Below the pieces are notes generated by a model. The model was not told the origin of the DNA. It saw only the letters and a program-made list of their open reading frames with translations, and made no database searches. This document shows positions 22,953 through 35,832 of a stretch of DNA of 64,000 nt, piece by piece; within the stretch, counting starts at the first letter, position 1; each line of letters opens with the position of its first letter. The stretch comes from Emiliania huxleyi CCMP1516. Taxonomy: Eukaryota. The stretch is taken from NCBI RefSeq assembly GCF_000372725.1, contig NW_005201391.1, forward strand, positions 236,736-300,735. Direction: 5' to 3'. The position numbers were made by a program, and so were the translations under genes.

Positions 22953-23699
22953 GGACCGCGCGCCCGAGCAGCGGAACGGAAAGTTTTTTTCGGACCTTGA
23001 GTCGGGCAGCTGGGGTCGGGGTGTGTGTGAGTGTGTGGGGGGGGGGAGGGGGGGCTCGAGGCGCCAGACGCTGTGTTGCCCTTGAGCTAGTCCTTCCCCG
23101 GTCGCCTAGCCTCCGCGCTGTCTGGCGAACGCCTGTATGCCATGCGCGCGGACAAACCCGCACGGACGGGGAAGCAAGCAAGCTTCACGGGTTCGAGTCG
23201 TCAAACATTAAGCAGCGGAGGTGTGCCGAGGGGGACCGGGAGGCGGTAAGCCGTCGTCGCCCGGCGCTGCTTGCACGTTGCAGCACCATGACGATGGCGC
23301 TATAAGAGGTTCCTCTTTTCCGCGCCCCCCCCCCCCCCCGCAAGGCGCGCGATACACGACCAACCAACCAACACAGTGACTGAGGGCCAGTGAGGGCGAG
23401 CCCTCGCTGGTCACAGCTGTGGGCAGCCACACAGTACGCTGTCTGTGTCAACTGTGCAAAGTGTGAAAAGAAGTCAGAGTGTGTGAGCAGCAGAGGAGCT
23501 GCACTCCAGGCTTCTGTCTGTCGTAACGAGCTGCATGCCACCGAAGGCGCTGTGTCGAGGTTCGACGCGCCGAGCGGCGCAGGTTGGAGGAAGCCGCCGC
23601 CGACGAGCGTAGAGCGTCGGATTCACTCGCCGCGGGGACACGGCCCATACATAGGCATAGCCGTGGCCGTGTCCCCGTCTCAGCGGCGAGGCGCGGGAC

Positions 23700-24092
23700 T
23701 AGGGTTGCCTAACGTTAAGAGCTGAACAGTGTTGCTAGTGTTAACAGTAACAACAGAACAACAGTGGGGCTCCCCAACAACAGTAGCTAACGTTAGGCCC
23801 ACTGAACAACAGTAAGGATGGCCTGGCAGTGACCCACGACGATCTCTAGATCGCGTTTTTTTTCGAGCTCAGACGGCAGCGAGCGACTTGTGCCTGCAGC
23901 CGTAACTCGGCCTCTGTCCAGTGCGGGTAATACCCGGGGTTTTGCCATTTTCTGCTTGCTCCGCTGAACAACAGTAACAACAGTAACAAACAGTAACAGC
24001 ACGGGCTGGGGTGAACACTTGAACAACGTTGAGGAGATTTCAGCCAACAATAGTGCAACTGTTAGACCCAAAGTTGCGTTGGCACCCCCCTA
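23700..24092. mobile_element. hAT-like MITE
   Basis: 8-bp TSD CGCGGGAC at 23692-23699 and 24093-24100. Imperfect TIRs TAGGGTTGCCTAACG / CGTTGGCACCCCCCTA. Internal AACAGT-type subrepeats. Confidence 0.88.
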
Positions 24093-24737
24093 CGCGGGAC
24101 CGTCACACAGGCGAAGTGGGTCGCGTCCTCCGATTTCCTCAACTCAGGGCCCGTGTGGGGGCTGGCCTCCGAGTCAGACTCCGAGTTCGTGTTTTGGGTT
24201 CAAGGGGTGTGGTGGTGGACCGGACGCCGCGTTGAGCTCCTACGATATCGGGTGACAGGGGGGAAGGGGGTGCGGGTGGGGGTATAGAGGAGCAGCTAGG
24301 AAAGGGAGGGTGGGCGAGCGGGATGGGGGTTGAGGGTTGGTGGCATGGTGGGTGAGCGGGAGCGCCGCCGCTCGCAATCCCTAGAAGTTCTAGGATTGCG
24401 AGCCCCGGCGCCGGCTGCCCGCTGCGCCTGCGGAGCCTGCGCTCGCAATTGTTTGGAGCGCACATGCGTTGCTGATTGATCGCAATCATTCGCACTAGTT
24501 GATTACTGAGTTACTGATGCACACACTCCTCCAACACATATATCCGCCTCTCTCCAATGAGAGACGCCACGTCAGTGGCTGCGGCTCAGGTCAGAGGGCC
24601 CAGCGACTCGTCGGTTGGGTGTAAACGGGCATTGCCTGTGGTCTTCAACGCACAAAGGGTGTGAATAGAGCTCTCTTGATCCTTCTGAGCACGAAGACCA
24701 CTCGAACTCTTCTGCAGACTTTAGTTTTCCCGGTGTT

Positions 24738-25597
24738 CATAAGCTGTGATACGAGCGTCACTTTGTACCCACCCCCCCTACTTCGTGGGGACCCCCCCGC
24801 CGGTCGGTGGTCTGCCCCCGAGGTGGACCGGACCCCCCCTCCGGTCGGTCGCTCTCTCGGCGGCGGGAGGTGTGACGACCGACCCCCCCCTCGGTCGGTG
24901 TCCTTGCCGTGAGCCCCCTGAAACGCTCTCCCTCCTTCTCGCGAACCGCCACGTGGGCGCTTCGAAATCGCCGGTTTTCACTATGAAAACTAGTCACGCA
25001 GCCAAGCGCCAAGGAGACTTCTTCGCCGAGGCCCGAGCGAGCCCGACCCCACACATGCATGTGGAGCATCTACGCAGTCGCAGGCCTGGTCCTGCTTGCC
25101 GTCACTTTGTACTCCAGACTTCTCCGCAGTACGCGCGCATCGTCCCTTCCGATGACTACGATGACTTGCCAGACTTGATCGACACATCGCCGCCGCCGTC
25201 ACCGGGCTCATCGGCTTCCGAGAGTCGCCCAAGCGACAGCGAATGGCAATCGATGGACGCCGCTTCTGGAGCAACTCAGTTTAATCGCGACATGCTGCGC
25301 GTTGCGCGCGGGCAGAGCTATGCCGGCAACATGATCTGCCTCGCACCCGGTCTTCGCGTCTCCAAATTTCCCCTGGACCATGATGCCACCGTGTGCGGTG
25401 TGACGCTGTGACCCTCGAGCCAACCCGACCGACCCCCCCCTCGGTCTGCGCTCCGACCGACCGGACCCCCCCTTCGGTCTGCGGTATTCCGCGGCCGCCG
25501 ACCGGACCCCCCCTGCGGTCGGTCGGTCTGCGCTGGGCGCTCAAACCGCGAAGTCGGCCTGTTCACTACAAGATGACGCTCGTATGAATAGTTTATG
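24738..25597. mobile_element. Putative TIR element with subterminal hairpin motifs
   Basis: Imperfect ~33-bp TIR with core ATACGAGCGTCA / TGACGCTCGTAT. GACCG(G)ACCCCCCC..CGGTC motifs cluster near both ends. No TSD seen. Confidence 0.6.
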
Positions 25598-26515
25598 CGC
25601 CCGCCGCAGCCCGCCCTATCTATATTCACCACGGGCCACGAGAGCCCTGCAAGCAGCTGGCATGTTCTATCGCCCGGGTGGCGGGCTGTCTGCACACAGA
25701 CGTCTCGTCCCATGGCTGACGCACGGATGGTCCGACCTGTGGCGGAGTTTGACCTCAGCTCGGCCGTCGGTGTCGGCGGGCTGACGGCGGCCGCCGGAAT
25801 CGCGATTCGCTCTGCCAGCTGCCAGCAGCCTCGTGTCGCCGCTCTCGTTGGCGCAGCAGCAGCGATTGGCCTTTGCGCCGTCGCTCGACGGCGTCACCGC
25901 CCATCCGACCTGCGCAGCTCCTGCAGCTCCTGCTGTCAGTCTTCTGCTCTCACGCACTCGCCGCGCGCGGATTGTGCGCCGCGCCAAGCAGGACACGTGC
26001 TCATGCAAACAATGCAAGAACTTGGTTGCGCCGCTTAGTGGCGGCGCTGGTTTAGAGGAAGCGGCAGCGTGGGAAGCAAAGCAGATGGAGGCGGCGCGGC
26101 ATGCCAAGGACTGCTGCTGGCGGAGGTTGAGCGGCTAAGTGCAGCAAGGGCCAAGGGCAAGAAGGGCAAGAAGAAGAAGAAGATGTGGGCGTGGGCGATA
26201 CGGGCGCCGCTAGGCTCAACGAGGAGATGCTGTCCTGCAGTTAGAGAGCTCGTAGCGAGCTCGATTTTGATGAGAATTTGATGAGAAATATCTCAATTTT
26301 TGAGCAAAAACGCCAAAAAATCGGCGCCTGCGGCGGGCCGGGGCCTCCGGCGGCGCCTGCGGCGGGCCGCTGGGGCTTCCGCCCCAGACCCCGTTTACAC
26401 CCGAGCTATGCCCCACGACCTGAGCCGGAGCGAGTGCCGATACTCGAGTTGTCAGAGACGCCGCCTCGCCCGGATCGCGCGCCGCCCCACACAAAGGGCG
26501 CCGCTCGCCGCGCGC

Positions 26516-28237
26516 TCAGTGCCGGTGGCGGGAGTTCGCGCAAGTGTTGATCACGACGTAGTTCGCGAGGCTCGGCCCCAGCTTGATGTCGTTGCGGCCG
26601 AGGCGCGGGTCGGCGTCGCGCGAGCGGACGCGCTGCAGCGGCGCGTCGACGGCGTGCGTGGTGAGGCGCACCTGAGGCGAGGTGGGGTGCCGGTCTCTCC
26701 ACGCACACCGAGTCGGGTGTGTGTGTGTGGGGGGGGGGGCAAGGCCGCAGGTTGAGTGCAAGGCCCAGTGCGCGCGGCTCAGGCGCACCTCGCACTCATA
26801 ACTCGACCACATCTCGGCTATACCTCGGCTGCATCTCGGCTGCATCTCGGCTGCAACAAGGCGCTCCTCGCACTCGTAGACGGACACCTCGCGCCAATGC
26901 ATCGGGAACTCGGCCGCGGAGGCGGTGGTGACAAAGACGACGCCGCCGCGCGTCGCGATCGAGTTTGCGTGCACGTGGCCGTGCAGCGAGAGGCGGACGT
27001 GGTCGTACCGTGCCAGCAGCGCCAGCACCTCCTCGCGGTTGTCGATAAAGTCCTGCGCCGACACCGAAAGAGAATTTCGCCGAGATCCGCCGAGATCCAT
27101 CGAGATCCGCCGAGGTGGCACTCCTGCGTCGGGTCGACCCAGCCGTCACCCGGCGGTTGCACGAGCAGCTGGTGCATCACCAGAATCACCGACTGGCGCG
27201 CGGCTGCCGACGCGTCCAGCTGCGCTCGCAGCCACCCTAGCTGCGTGGCGCCGATGTGGCCGCGGCCGTCCGAGTCGCTGTCGATACCGTCGGTGGCGTC
27301 AAGGAGCAGCACCCGCCAGGCGCGGGCGCAGACCGCTCGGTAGATGGTCCGCGCGTGGACGGTCGCATCGCAAGCGTGTCCCCAGGGCTGCGCCGCGTCG
27401 CACTCTCTGGACGCGTTGGCGCACATGGCCTTGCGCCATGCGCGCGTCCCCCCCCCCGAAGGGTGGATGTCGTGGTTGCCTGGCAGGTGGTAGACCGGCC
27501 AGCTCGTGCCTGCGGGAAGGGTCGGGGGAAGGGTCATGCAGGGCTCGGGCAGGGCGGTGGTCAGGCCCCGGCTCGTGCCTAGTACGGAGGCCTCGAGCGA
27601 GCGGTACAGCCGAAGCGTCGTCTCGAACTCGCCGCCCTCCTGCAGGAGAAGTCGGGCAAGGGTCGGGCAAGGGTGGAGGGGTGGCCTCGCCTCCCGCCGA
27701 GTGTGGTGGCGAGTGGTGTCCCATCTCCAAGCACGGCAGAGTGCAACGGCCCGCCTGCTGAAAGCTGCTGCCGCCGCAGACGGCATCGCCGGCGTGGACT
27801 GCAAAGTCGGCGCCGGAGGCTGCAAAGGCGGAAAGTTGGCGCAGTAGCAGCGGCAGCACCTCCTCGGCCGCGTCGACCACCAGCCCGTCGCGCACCGGCG
27901 CCGCCGCCACCCGCCGCATCCACGCCGATCGCGTCGAGGAGCGAACCCAGTAGTGGGTGTCGGAATAGACGGCAAACCGGAGCAGTGGCGGCCCATCCGC
28001 CGGGCTGGAGAGCTCGCGCGGCCGCAGGTGTATCAAGTGGCTGCCGGGACGCAGCCGGCGGCGCGACTTGACCTTGTGCAGCCGGCGGCGCATGGACCAC
28101 TCCTGCGACTGGCCGTGAGCGGCGTCGTCCGCGGCGTGGCGATCAGCCTGCTGGTGGAGGAGGCACGCAGGGCCCAGGAAGCTGGCTAGCAAGAGGAGGC
28201 CGCAGCGATACGGCCGAGCCCGGGCCATTGTGTCCAT
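26516..28237 (-). CDS. Calcineurin-like metallophosphoesterase with N-terminal signal/anchor, multi-exon
   Basis: All five motifs occur in order: FAVYSDTH, HAGDAV, LPGNHD, ILVMHQ, LHGHVHAN. Confidence 0.9.
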
Positions 28238-28815
28238 GGGCGCCAGCAAGTCGGCGCGGGTGAAGTGGGCGGCACGACGGCGTGTACAGCTAAAATCGAA
28301 AATTTTCTTTTGTTTAAATTCTTTTCGCGTGAGGGCGGAGGGTATTCGCCCCCCTAGGTTGGAAGGAGATGAGGAAATGGAACAGCCCAAGAAAAGGAGC
28401 GGAACAAACACGTATGGGAGGGTAAAGTTGTGCGTCACGCTGACCTGATCAGTTATCACGCCTTATAGCAGATAGTTTTTTTTCGCGCGAACTTGAAAAG
28501 CACGTCTTGTCCTTTCGCCTGCGGAAACGTTCAGGGGCAGCGTGATCTTGTCCTCACAGGTCGACTGCATCGTGTATGCCACGCTCGCATCATGCCCATG
28601 CCCATTTCTGACACCGTCCTAGACATGCAACCCAACTCACACCGGACGAGAGCAACCAGTCGGACGTACTGACAGCTGCACCTGCTGCTCACACGCAGCT
28701 CAGCGCGCCAGTCCATGACCATGAGCACGTAGCACATGCCCCTCTCAGTACGATATGTGCGCCCACTCACTCACTCCGGCGCGCGTCCCCGGCAGCAGAT
28801 TGCTGATATACGTGC

Positions 28816-31590
28816 TCAGTTGCCGTACACGGCGGAGAAGCAGCCGTCAGGGAAGACGCCAAAAGCGCGCGTCTTTTTGCTCAAGGTCCGCTCGCGAGGC
28901 TGGCGGAGCTCATTGGCCTTGGCGCTGCCGAGCCGGTGCGCGCGCTGCTGGGGGGGGTGGTTGGACGACATTTGCCCTGGCTGCGTCGACGCGCGCGGTC
29001 CGAGTCGCAAGGGCACGACGGTCGTGCCGTCATCACAAGTGCGCGTGAGGCCGAGCTGCCGCAGCTGCTTGAGGTCCTGCAGACGGAGGCGCACCGTCCC
29101 CCTGCACGAGAGTAACCACAGAAGCTCCCTGTCGAGCTCCTTCCGCTCGCTCGACGACAGCTTCGCCCCGCCTGCCGCTGCTGCCCCTCCCTCCCCACCC
29201 TCCCCTCCCTCCTCCCCCTCCTCCTCCTCCTCCCCCTCCTCCTCCTCCTCCTCCTCCTCCTCCTCCTCCTCCTCCTCCACCACCACCACCGCCGCCACCG
29301 CTGCCACCGTCGCCATCGGCGCTGTTCCCACCGCCGCCACCGCCGCCGTCGCCGTCACCACCACCGACGACGACGACGACGACGACGGCTGCGACGACGC
29401 CCCCGCAGCCGCTCCGGTCGCCGACCGACGAGGCATTGCCGTGAGCAGCGCCCTCGGGAGGTGCGCCATCCGCAGCGTCTTCAGGTCGCCGTCCGGCTCG
29501 CGCCGCTGCTCGCGGATCAGCAGCTGCGTGCCATGCCGGGCGAAGAAGCTGAGCGACGACCAGCCGTGCGGCTGACGGACCACGCGGCCGGAGCCAGCCG
29601 CGCCGCTGTAGGCAGCGTAGCCAGCCGAGATCGCCACATCAGAGATGGGCTGCACATTCGGCGGGCAAAGCTGCTTCGGCAGCAGCCACGGGTAGGCCTC
29701 GACGGTTTGGGCGAACGAGACGCGCCGCTCCGAGTCGCTGCCTGCGGCGACCGCGATCGAGCACAGCGCCGCCCGGACCTGCGGGCGGAACCTCGGGTAA
29801 GATATGCTGTGAGATCGCACCTGAGCTCAGCAGGGCTAGGCGTGCCTGCACGCGGAGGACCTCGACGTGGTAGCTCTCGACACGGCTCAGCAGCTCGTCG
29901 GTGCACTCGAACCGGTTGCTGATGTCCGCCGAAGCCTCCTTGAGGGCGGCGCGCACGTTGGAGCGAAGGTGGTCCTCCAGCTGCTCGAACGTCCACACGC
30001 ACACTGTCTCCTTCTCAAACTGCAGGCGGAAGCGGACGGCTTGGAGCACCGTGTCGTCAGCCGCGAGGGCATCGAGCGATGCGGCGTTCTGCTCGGCGCG
30101 GATCGGCACCTGGCGCACAAGGGCGTCCAGGGCCTCCGAGGCGGCGTGCGTCGCGCAGCGCCGCTGCAGCGCCAGGGGCACGTCGCTCGAGCATCCGGGG
30201 CACGAGCAGCTGAAGCAGCGCATGTCGGTCGCCATGGTGCCCGCGGGATAGCCGCCGAACGGAGCCTTGGCGCCGCGGCCGCAGCCGACCGTGCCGCAGC
30301 GGTCCCCGCCGCCGCACCCGATGCAGCGCATGTCGGTCGCCGTGGTGCCCGCGGGATAGCCGCCGAACGGAGCCACGGCGCCGCGGCCGCAGCCGGCCGT
30401 GCCGCAGCGGTCCCCGCCGCCGCACCGGCTGCAGCGCATGTCGGTCGCCGTGGTGCCCGCGGGATAGCCGCCGAACGGAGCCACGGCGCCGCGGCCGCAG
30501 CCGGCCGTGCCGCAGCGGTCCCCGCCGCCGCACCGGCTGCAGCGCATGTCGGTCGCCGTGGTGCCCGCGGGATAGCCGCCGAACGGAGCCACGGCGCCGC
30601 GGCCGCAGCCGGCCGTGCCGCAGCGGTCCCCGCCGCCGCACCTGATGCAGCGCATGTCGGTCGCCGTGGTGCCCGCGGGATAGCCGCCGAACGGAGCCAC
30701 GGCGCCGCGGCCGCAGCCGGCTGTGCCGCAGCGGTCCCCGCCGCCATGCTCGACGCAGAGCTTCCGCTCTCCCCAGCCGAAGCGGGGGTGCCTAGCGCCT
30801 CTCTTGCAGCCGTCCTTGCTGCAGCGGAAGGAGCCGCCGTGCTCCTTGCAACGGTCGGGGTGCTCGCCGCGCCTCTGCGCGCGTTTGAGGCAGTCGCCGA
30901 TCACGCACAGCGCGTGATTGCCGCAGCGGCCCTCCTTCCGTGCCACAAAGGAGATCGTCGGGCAGCGAGGGCACTGCCGCCCCTCCTCGCGCGGCCGTTT
31001 GGCGCGCGCTTTCGGCCCCGCTGCGCTGCTCCCTCGCGAAGCGCTCGCCGCTGCGCTGCCCCCGCCCCCCCCACTGCTGCCCCCTCCCTCCACACTCAGC
31101 TTCAGCCGGCCCTCAGGGACGGTCGAGAGGAAGGTGCGGAGGCTCGTGGGCGGCGCCTCGAAGCAATTCCCTAAGTGTCAAACGTGCGCCCTCATCGCCC
31201 TCGCAGGGTCGCCGCGATCGACGCCTAGCCGCAGGAGCACGCGCCGTCCTCCGCCCACTGGAGCGCGACAGACCCAGCCGCAGCCACCTCGCCGTGAGAC
31301 AGCTCTGCCTCGTAGAAGTCCTTCCAGGTCACCACGCCGTCCTCCACATCTTCCTCAAAGACTGCCCACACCCCCGAAGCCGCCGCCAGCTCACTCGGCG
31401 GTGGGATGCGGTCGAGAAGAACGACGGCATTGACGTTCACCCAAGAGGTCGGCGAGCCATCTTCCCACTCGACTCGTACTTCGCGAGCGCCCGCCCGCAC
31501 CCGGCTGCCAGTAATGCAACCACCCCAGTAGCAGCCGTCGCGCTCGCTCCACGCTAGCACTGGCTCGCCGCCACTGATTGTCACATCCTG
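28816..31590 (-). CDS. Tandem Tudor/Agenet-like plus WRKY19-like Cys/His-repeat protein, multi-exon; ends uncertain
   Basis: VLAWSERDGCYWGGCI...VRVEWEDG and VWAVF...FYEAEL...VALQWAEDG, joined by a GC-AG intron (31171-31244) to CxxxGCxKxA...CxEHGGG repeats. Acidic tract further downstream. Confidence 0.65.
30218..30745. repeat. 105-bp coding tandem repeat, about 5 copies
   Basis: Encodes GGGDRCGTAGCGRGAVAPFGGYPAGTTATDMRCxRC on the minus strand. Confidence 0.95.
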
Positions 31591-32068
31591 CGCGTGCGGA
31601 GAATGGGACGTCGGCAGCCGGGTGGTGGGGTTTGGCGGGCGAGGTGCGGCGCGAGCAGGCGCCGTGTGAAGGCACGAGAGTGTTGAGTGCGCGGTCTGTT
31701 TGTGTGTGCGGTAGTGCGGAAGAGCCTCGGAAGAGTCAGAGCTGCCGGCTGAGCTGTTTTCGCCGACGTGACCGCCTGCGCGAGTCAAACGGGCGCGGGA
31801 TCGAGCTAGTCAGCGAGCGAAACGTGGATCAGTGCCGCAGCATAGAGGCCAGAGCCGCGGCAGGGGACGGTGCAGAGCACAGAGAGAGCACTGCCGGTGG
31901 TGACGATGGAGGCAAGGGCGGTGGCGGAGAGGCGGCGGCGGCGAGGAACATGGTGGGGGAGGCGGTGGCGATGATGGCGAGGCGGCGGCGTGGGCGGCGG
32001 GGGGGGGGCGAGGGCGGCGCCGAGGGCGTCGGCGGTCTGGGTAGCGGGATATGCGTATTCCCGCGCCC

Positions 32069-32405
32069 NNNNNNNNNNNNNNNNNNNNNNNNNNNNNNNN
32101 NNNNNNNNNNNNNNNNNNNNNNNNNNNNNNNNNNNNNNNNNNNNNNNNNNNNNNNNNNNNNNNNNNNNNNNNNNNNNNNNNNNNNNNNNNNNNNNNNNNN
32201 NNNNNNNNNNNNNNNNNNNNNNNNNNNNNNNNNNNNNNNNNNNNNNNNNNNNNNNNNNNNNNNNNNNNNNNNNNNNNNNNNNNNNNNNNNNNNNNNNNNN
32301 NNNNNNNNNNNNNNNNNNNNNNNNNNNNNNNNNNNNNNNNNNNNNNNNNNNNNNNNNNNNNNNNNNNNNNNNNNNNNNNNNNNNNNNNNNNNNNNNNNNN
32401 NNNNN
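32069..32405. other. Assembly gap
   Basis: Run of N. Confidence 1.
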
Positions 32406-32658
32406 ATAAAGAAAGAAGAAAGAGATAGAGTGAAATCCAAAGAAAAGAAATAACACAGAATCTATGATTAAAGACAAAGAGGGACAAAGATGATATTACG
32501 AGAACAAATGAGATCATAGTAACAAAAGGAATACAGGAACAAAATATGAGAAAAAAGAAGAGAAAGAGAGTAAAAAAACAACAAAGGAAAAAGCCCCGCT
32601 GTGTGCGCTTCGAGGAGCTGATTGCCCCGCCCGGCGGCAGCGGCAGCTCGCCGCCCAC

Positions 32659-33670
32659 CTGAGGAGCGCCGCGGGCCGGGGCCTCGCCCGCCTCGCGCAA
32701 GCAGACGCAGAGCAGATCGGAGACCCCGTCATCGCTCGGGTCCAAGGCGAGCGCCGCCCGGTACGACGCGGCCGCGAGGTCGTACTGGCGCAGCCCGCGC
32801 AGCGCGCGGCCCTTCAGCGCATGGGCCTGCGGCCAGCGCGGCCGCTGCAAAACGGCCTGGGATGCGTCGAGCAGCGCCTATTCGCGATTCATCCAAACAC
32901 TGCTGGGACACGCGCTCGACGTGTCCGCGCCGCCAATCTCGGTCGATCTCGGTCAATCTCGGCCAATCTCGGCTTATCTCGGCGGATCCGCACCAGCGAG
33001 AAGTTGTTGTCGGACGCATGTGCGGCAGATCGAGTGCAGAACAGCTGCGCCGCGGTGTCGGTGAAGAAGTGGCCGCCGAGGGTGGTGATCGCCACCGTGA
33101 TGAAGGCGACGGCCGCCTTGTGGTCGCCCTCGTCGAAGGCCTCGGCGCCCGAAACTGCTGCGGCCGCGCCTGCGCTGCACAAAGCGCCGGCGCTGGGCTC
33201 GAGCCTCTCTGCGGCCCGCGCGGCGTTGATGTTGTCCGGGTCGAGCAGGTGGCAGAGGCGGTAGGCCCCGACCGACTTGACGAACTGCTCGAGCCGCTCG
33301 TACGCCGCGCCCATGCGCGACCACCTGCGGGGGCGCGGACACGTCTGGGACGCGTCCGGGACACGCCTTTCCCGCCCGCCGCCGCCCGGCCACCCCTTGG
33401 CGAAGTGCGGGTCGAGATCGACGCACTTCGAGGCGTGCAGCAGCGAGAGGTTCCACTCCTTGAGCGACGCGTACACGGCGGAGAGATTGGAGTGCAGCAA
33501 GTATGCAGAGGCGCCACTCGGGTCGAGCGAGATGGCGTGCGTGTAGATCTCGCGCGCCTCGTCGAGGTTGCCTGCCTGGTAGGCCGCGTTGCCGCGCGCG
33601 CGGAGCGCATCGCTCTCGTCCGAAGAGAGCTGCTCAGAGGGGCCCTCCTTCACCTTGGTGGCGTCCTGCA
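32659..33670 (-). CDS. TPR-repeat (STI1/HOP-like) protein, partial, between gaps
   Basis: LRARGNAAYQAGNLDEAREIYTHAISLDP...LHSNLSAVY...KCVDLDPHFAKG and KGRALRGLRQYDLAAASYRAALALDP. Confidence 0.85.
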
Positions 33671-33907
33671 GCGGGGCTGAGGGTGGTGGGTGCGCGGCAC
33701 GACGGCAGGTGCGTGAGCGCTGCGGTGCGAGGGGCGGTGGTGACGAGGGGTCGGCGGGCGGAGGGAGGGGGCGTCCTCCGGGAGTCGGGCGGGTGGTGCG
33801 GCTGGGCGCACGGGCGGCGGAGCACGGAGGGGGGGGGGCGGGGGGGAGGGCGGGAGCGAGGAGGGGCCAAGGGGCGCGAAGGGGGGGGGGGGGGGGGGGA
33901 ACTTTAA

Positions 33908-34007
33908 NNNNNNNNNNNNNNNNNNNNNNNNNNNNNNNNNNNNNNNNNNNNNNNNNNNNNNNNNNNNNNNNNNNNNNNNNNNNNNNNNNNNNNNNNNNNN
34001 NNNNNNN
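33908..34007. other. Assembly gap (100 N)
   Basis: Run of N. Confidence 1.
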
Positions 34008-34200
34008 CTCCGCCAGAGCGAGATCGCCACTAGCAGCAGGCAGCAGCTGGGGCACAGTTTCCTCCGCGTCTGCGCCAATGTATCCTGTCGTCGAGAAGCG
34101 AGTCGCGTCCGCTCGCACAAAGGGCCGAACGAGCAGCTCCGCCCCCGCCCTCATCAGGTGTGTCTTGCCGGAGCCAGAGGGCCCGAGCAGGCGCACACTC
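34008..34200 (-). CDS. ClpX/HslU-like AAA+ ATPase fragment running into the gap
   Basis: LLGPSGSGKTHLMRA...PFVRADATRFSTTGYIGADAE...DLALAE: Walker A followed by the DAT/GY(V/I)G pore-loop pattern. Confidence 0.7.
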
Positions 34201-34559
34201 CGTTTGTGGGGGGGGCCGAGCGTGAGCAGCCCGACGTGTGCGCCTCGGGATGCTGCTCTTGCTGGTGCTGCTGCTGCTCGGTGCGGACGACGACGCCGCC
34301 GGTGGTCTCGGCGGACTGCTGCGGGGAGACGGGCGGGCAGGCGCGGTATATGTACGCGCAGTGCTAGGGGTGGGGAGCGGCGCTGTGGGAGGGCCGCGCC
34401 TCCTCGCCCTTGGTGTCGTCCGGGACGGGATCCTGAGTCGGGCAAGCGCGCGGCGGTGAGGGCGGGTGGCGCGCGGGTGTGCCGCGCGGGTGGTGGCGCA
34501 CGGGTCGCGCGCGGGTCGCGCGCGGCGGGTGGCGCGCGGGAGGAGAGTTTGGGCCTCAA

Positions 34560-35229
34560 AGCTTTGAGGCTGGAAGTCCAGGCTCTTCGGGAAACATGGG
34601 GGCGACCGCGTGGATGGCAGGCACCCAAAGCATGTGAGGCTGGTGTCGAGCGGGGCTGTCACAATCTCGAGGTCGTGCAGCTCCCAGCACTCCACGCTGT
34701 TGTCGGGCAGCGCCACCAGGGCGTGAGTTGCCGGCTCACTGCTCGCGGCCGCCTCGACCCCCGCCTCTCCACACCACTTCTCGAGTAGTCCAGCGCGGAC
34801 GGCAAAGGAGAAGACCGCCACCGCCCCGTGGATGCCGAAGAGGAGCCAGTCGAAGGTGGGGAGCTCGAGGACGCGCAGCATGCCCTGCACCAGCTTGAAG
34901 TCCTCCGCGTCACCGCCCTTGTCTGGGTGGTTTCGGGCCGCATACTTGCGGAAGGCCGGTGTGATGCCGGTCCGCGCCCCGTAAGGTTCCAAGAGCTCGA
35001 CTGCGCGCGCAATCTCGTGGAGCGCCGCGCTCCACGCGGCCGCCTCCTCGGGGTGCCCAAGACCAACTAGGACGCCGACCTGTTGGTGTCGGGCGTGTAC
35101 CACACTTTCGCAGAGCTTCGGTGTGACCTGTGCACAGCGGGGCGCGGCTGAGGAGCGCGGCGCGCGCGGGGGTGGAGGGAAGCCCGAGGCGCGCGCCAGT
35201 TCATCGTCGCGGGAGTCGCCTTCGCCCAT
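34560..35229 (-). CDS. J-domain (DnaJ-like) protein; 3' end uncertain
   Basis: ITPAFRKYAARNHPDKGGDAEDFKLVQ contains the HPD motif. Confidence 0.65.
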
Positions 35230-35832
35230 CTCCTTTCACGCGGCCCACGTCCAGCCAGCGTCCAGCGATCTGGCCACTTTCTGCACGGGCGAACTCGCGG
35301 TTTTTTCCCCCTCGAGCCCTCGAGCTTTGTATGAAATGAACTCGGGGGCACGGGACGCGGCACAAACGGGGCACAAACGCCAGGCTACAAAGACGGGGAG
35401 GCACGTAGTGAGGAGCCCTCGAGCTTCGCTCTCTCTGACCCTCTCACGCCCCTTGGGGCTCTTGCCGGGTACCAAGCGCGTGCTCAAGAGCCATTCATCG
35501 TTTTTGTTTTATCTCTCGCTCTAAAAAGGGATTGTTGTGCGTCTCAGCTCTCAGTACTCAGTCTCAGACTCACCCTCACGAGTCGGTCCCCTTGTGTGAA
35601 GGCTGAAGCGGGGGCCCTTCTGATCAGTCAATACTAACCAAGGGAGATTTGTGCGTGTCCGATCGGTCCCGAGGCACCCGCGCGGCTCTAGGGACTCCGG
35701 CTAGTCGCCTTTCCCTCCTCTCGGTACAGCTCGCCCCCGCGCAACCCGCGCAAGGACGGGAGGTCCGCCTCAAACGGGAACGGCCCTCCCGCTCCATTCC
35801 TCTCCCACCACTCCTCCGGGTCCCCCCCCTCC

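Noticed and set aside
25712..26220. Possible small membrane protein gene
   Set aside because: There are hydrophobic and Lys-rich fragments in different frames, but I could not build a supported gene model.
32406..32590. AT-rich island suggesting foreign DNA
   Set aside because: A-rich low-complexity sequence abutting an N gap, most likely a poor-quality read end.
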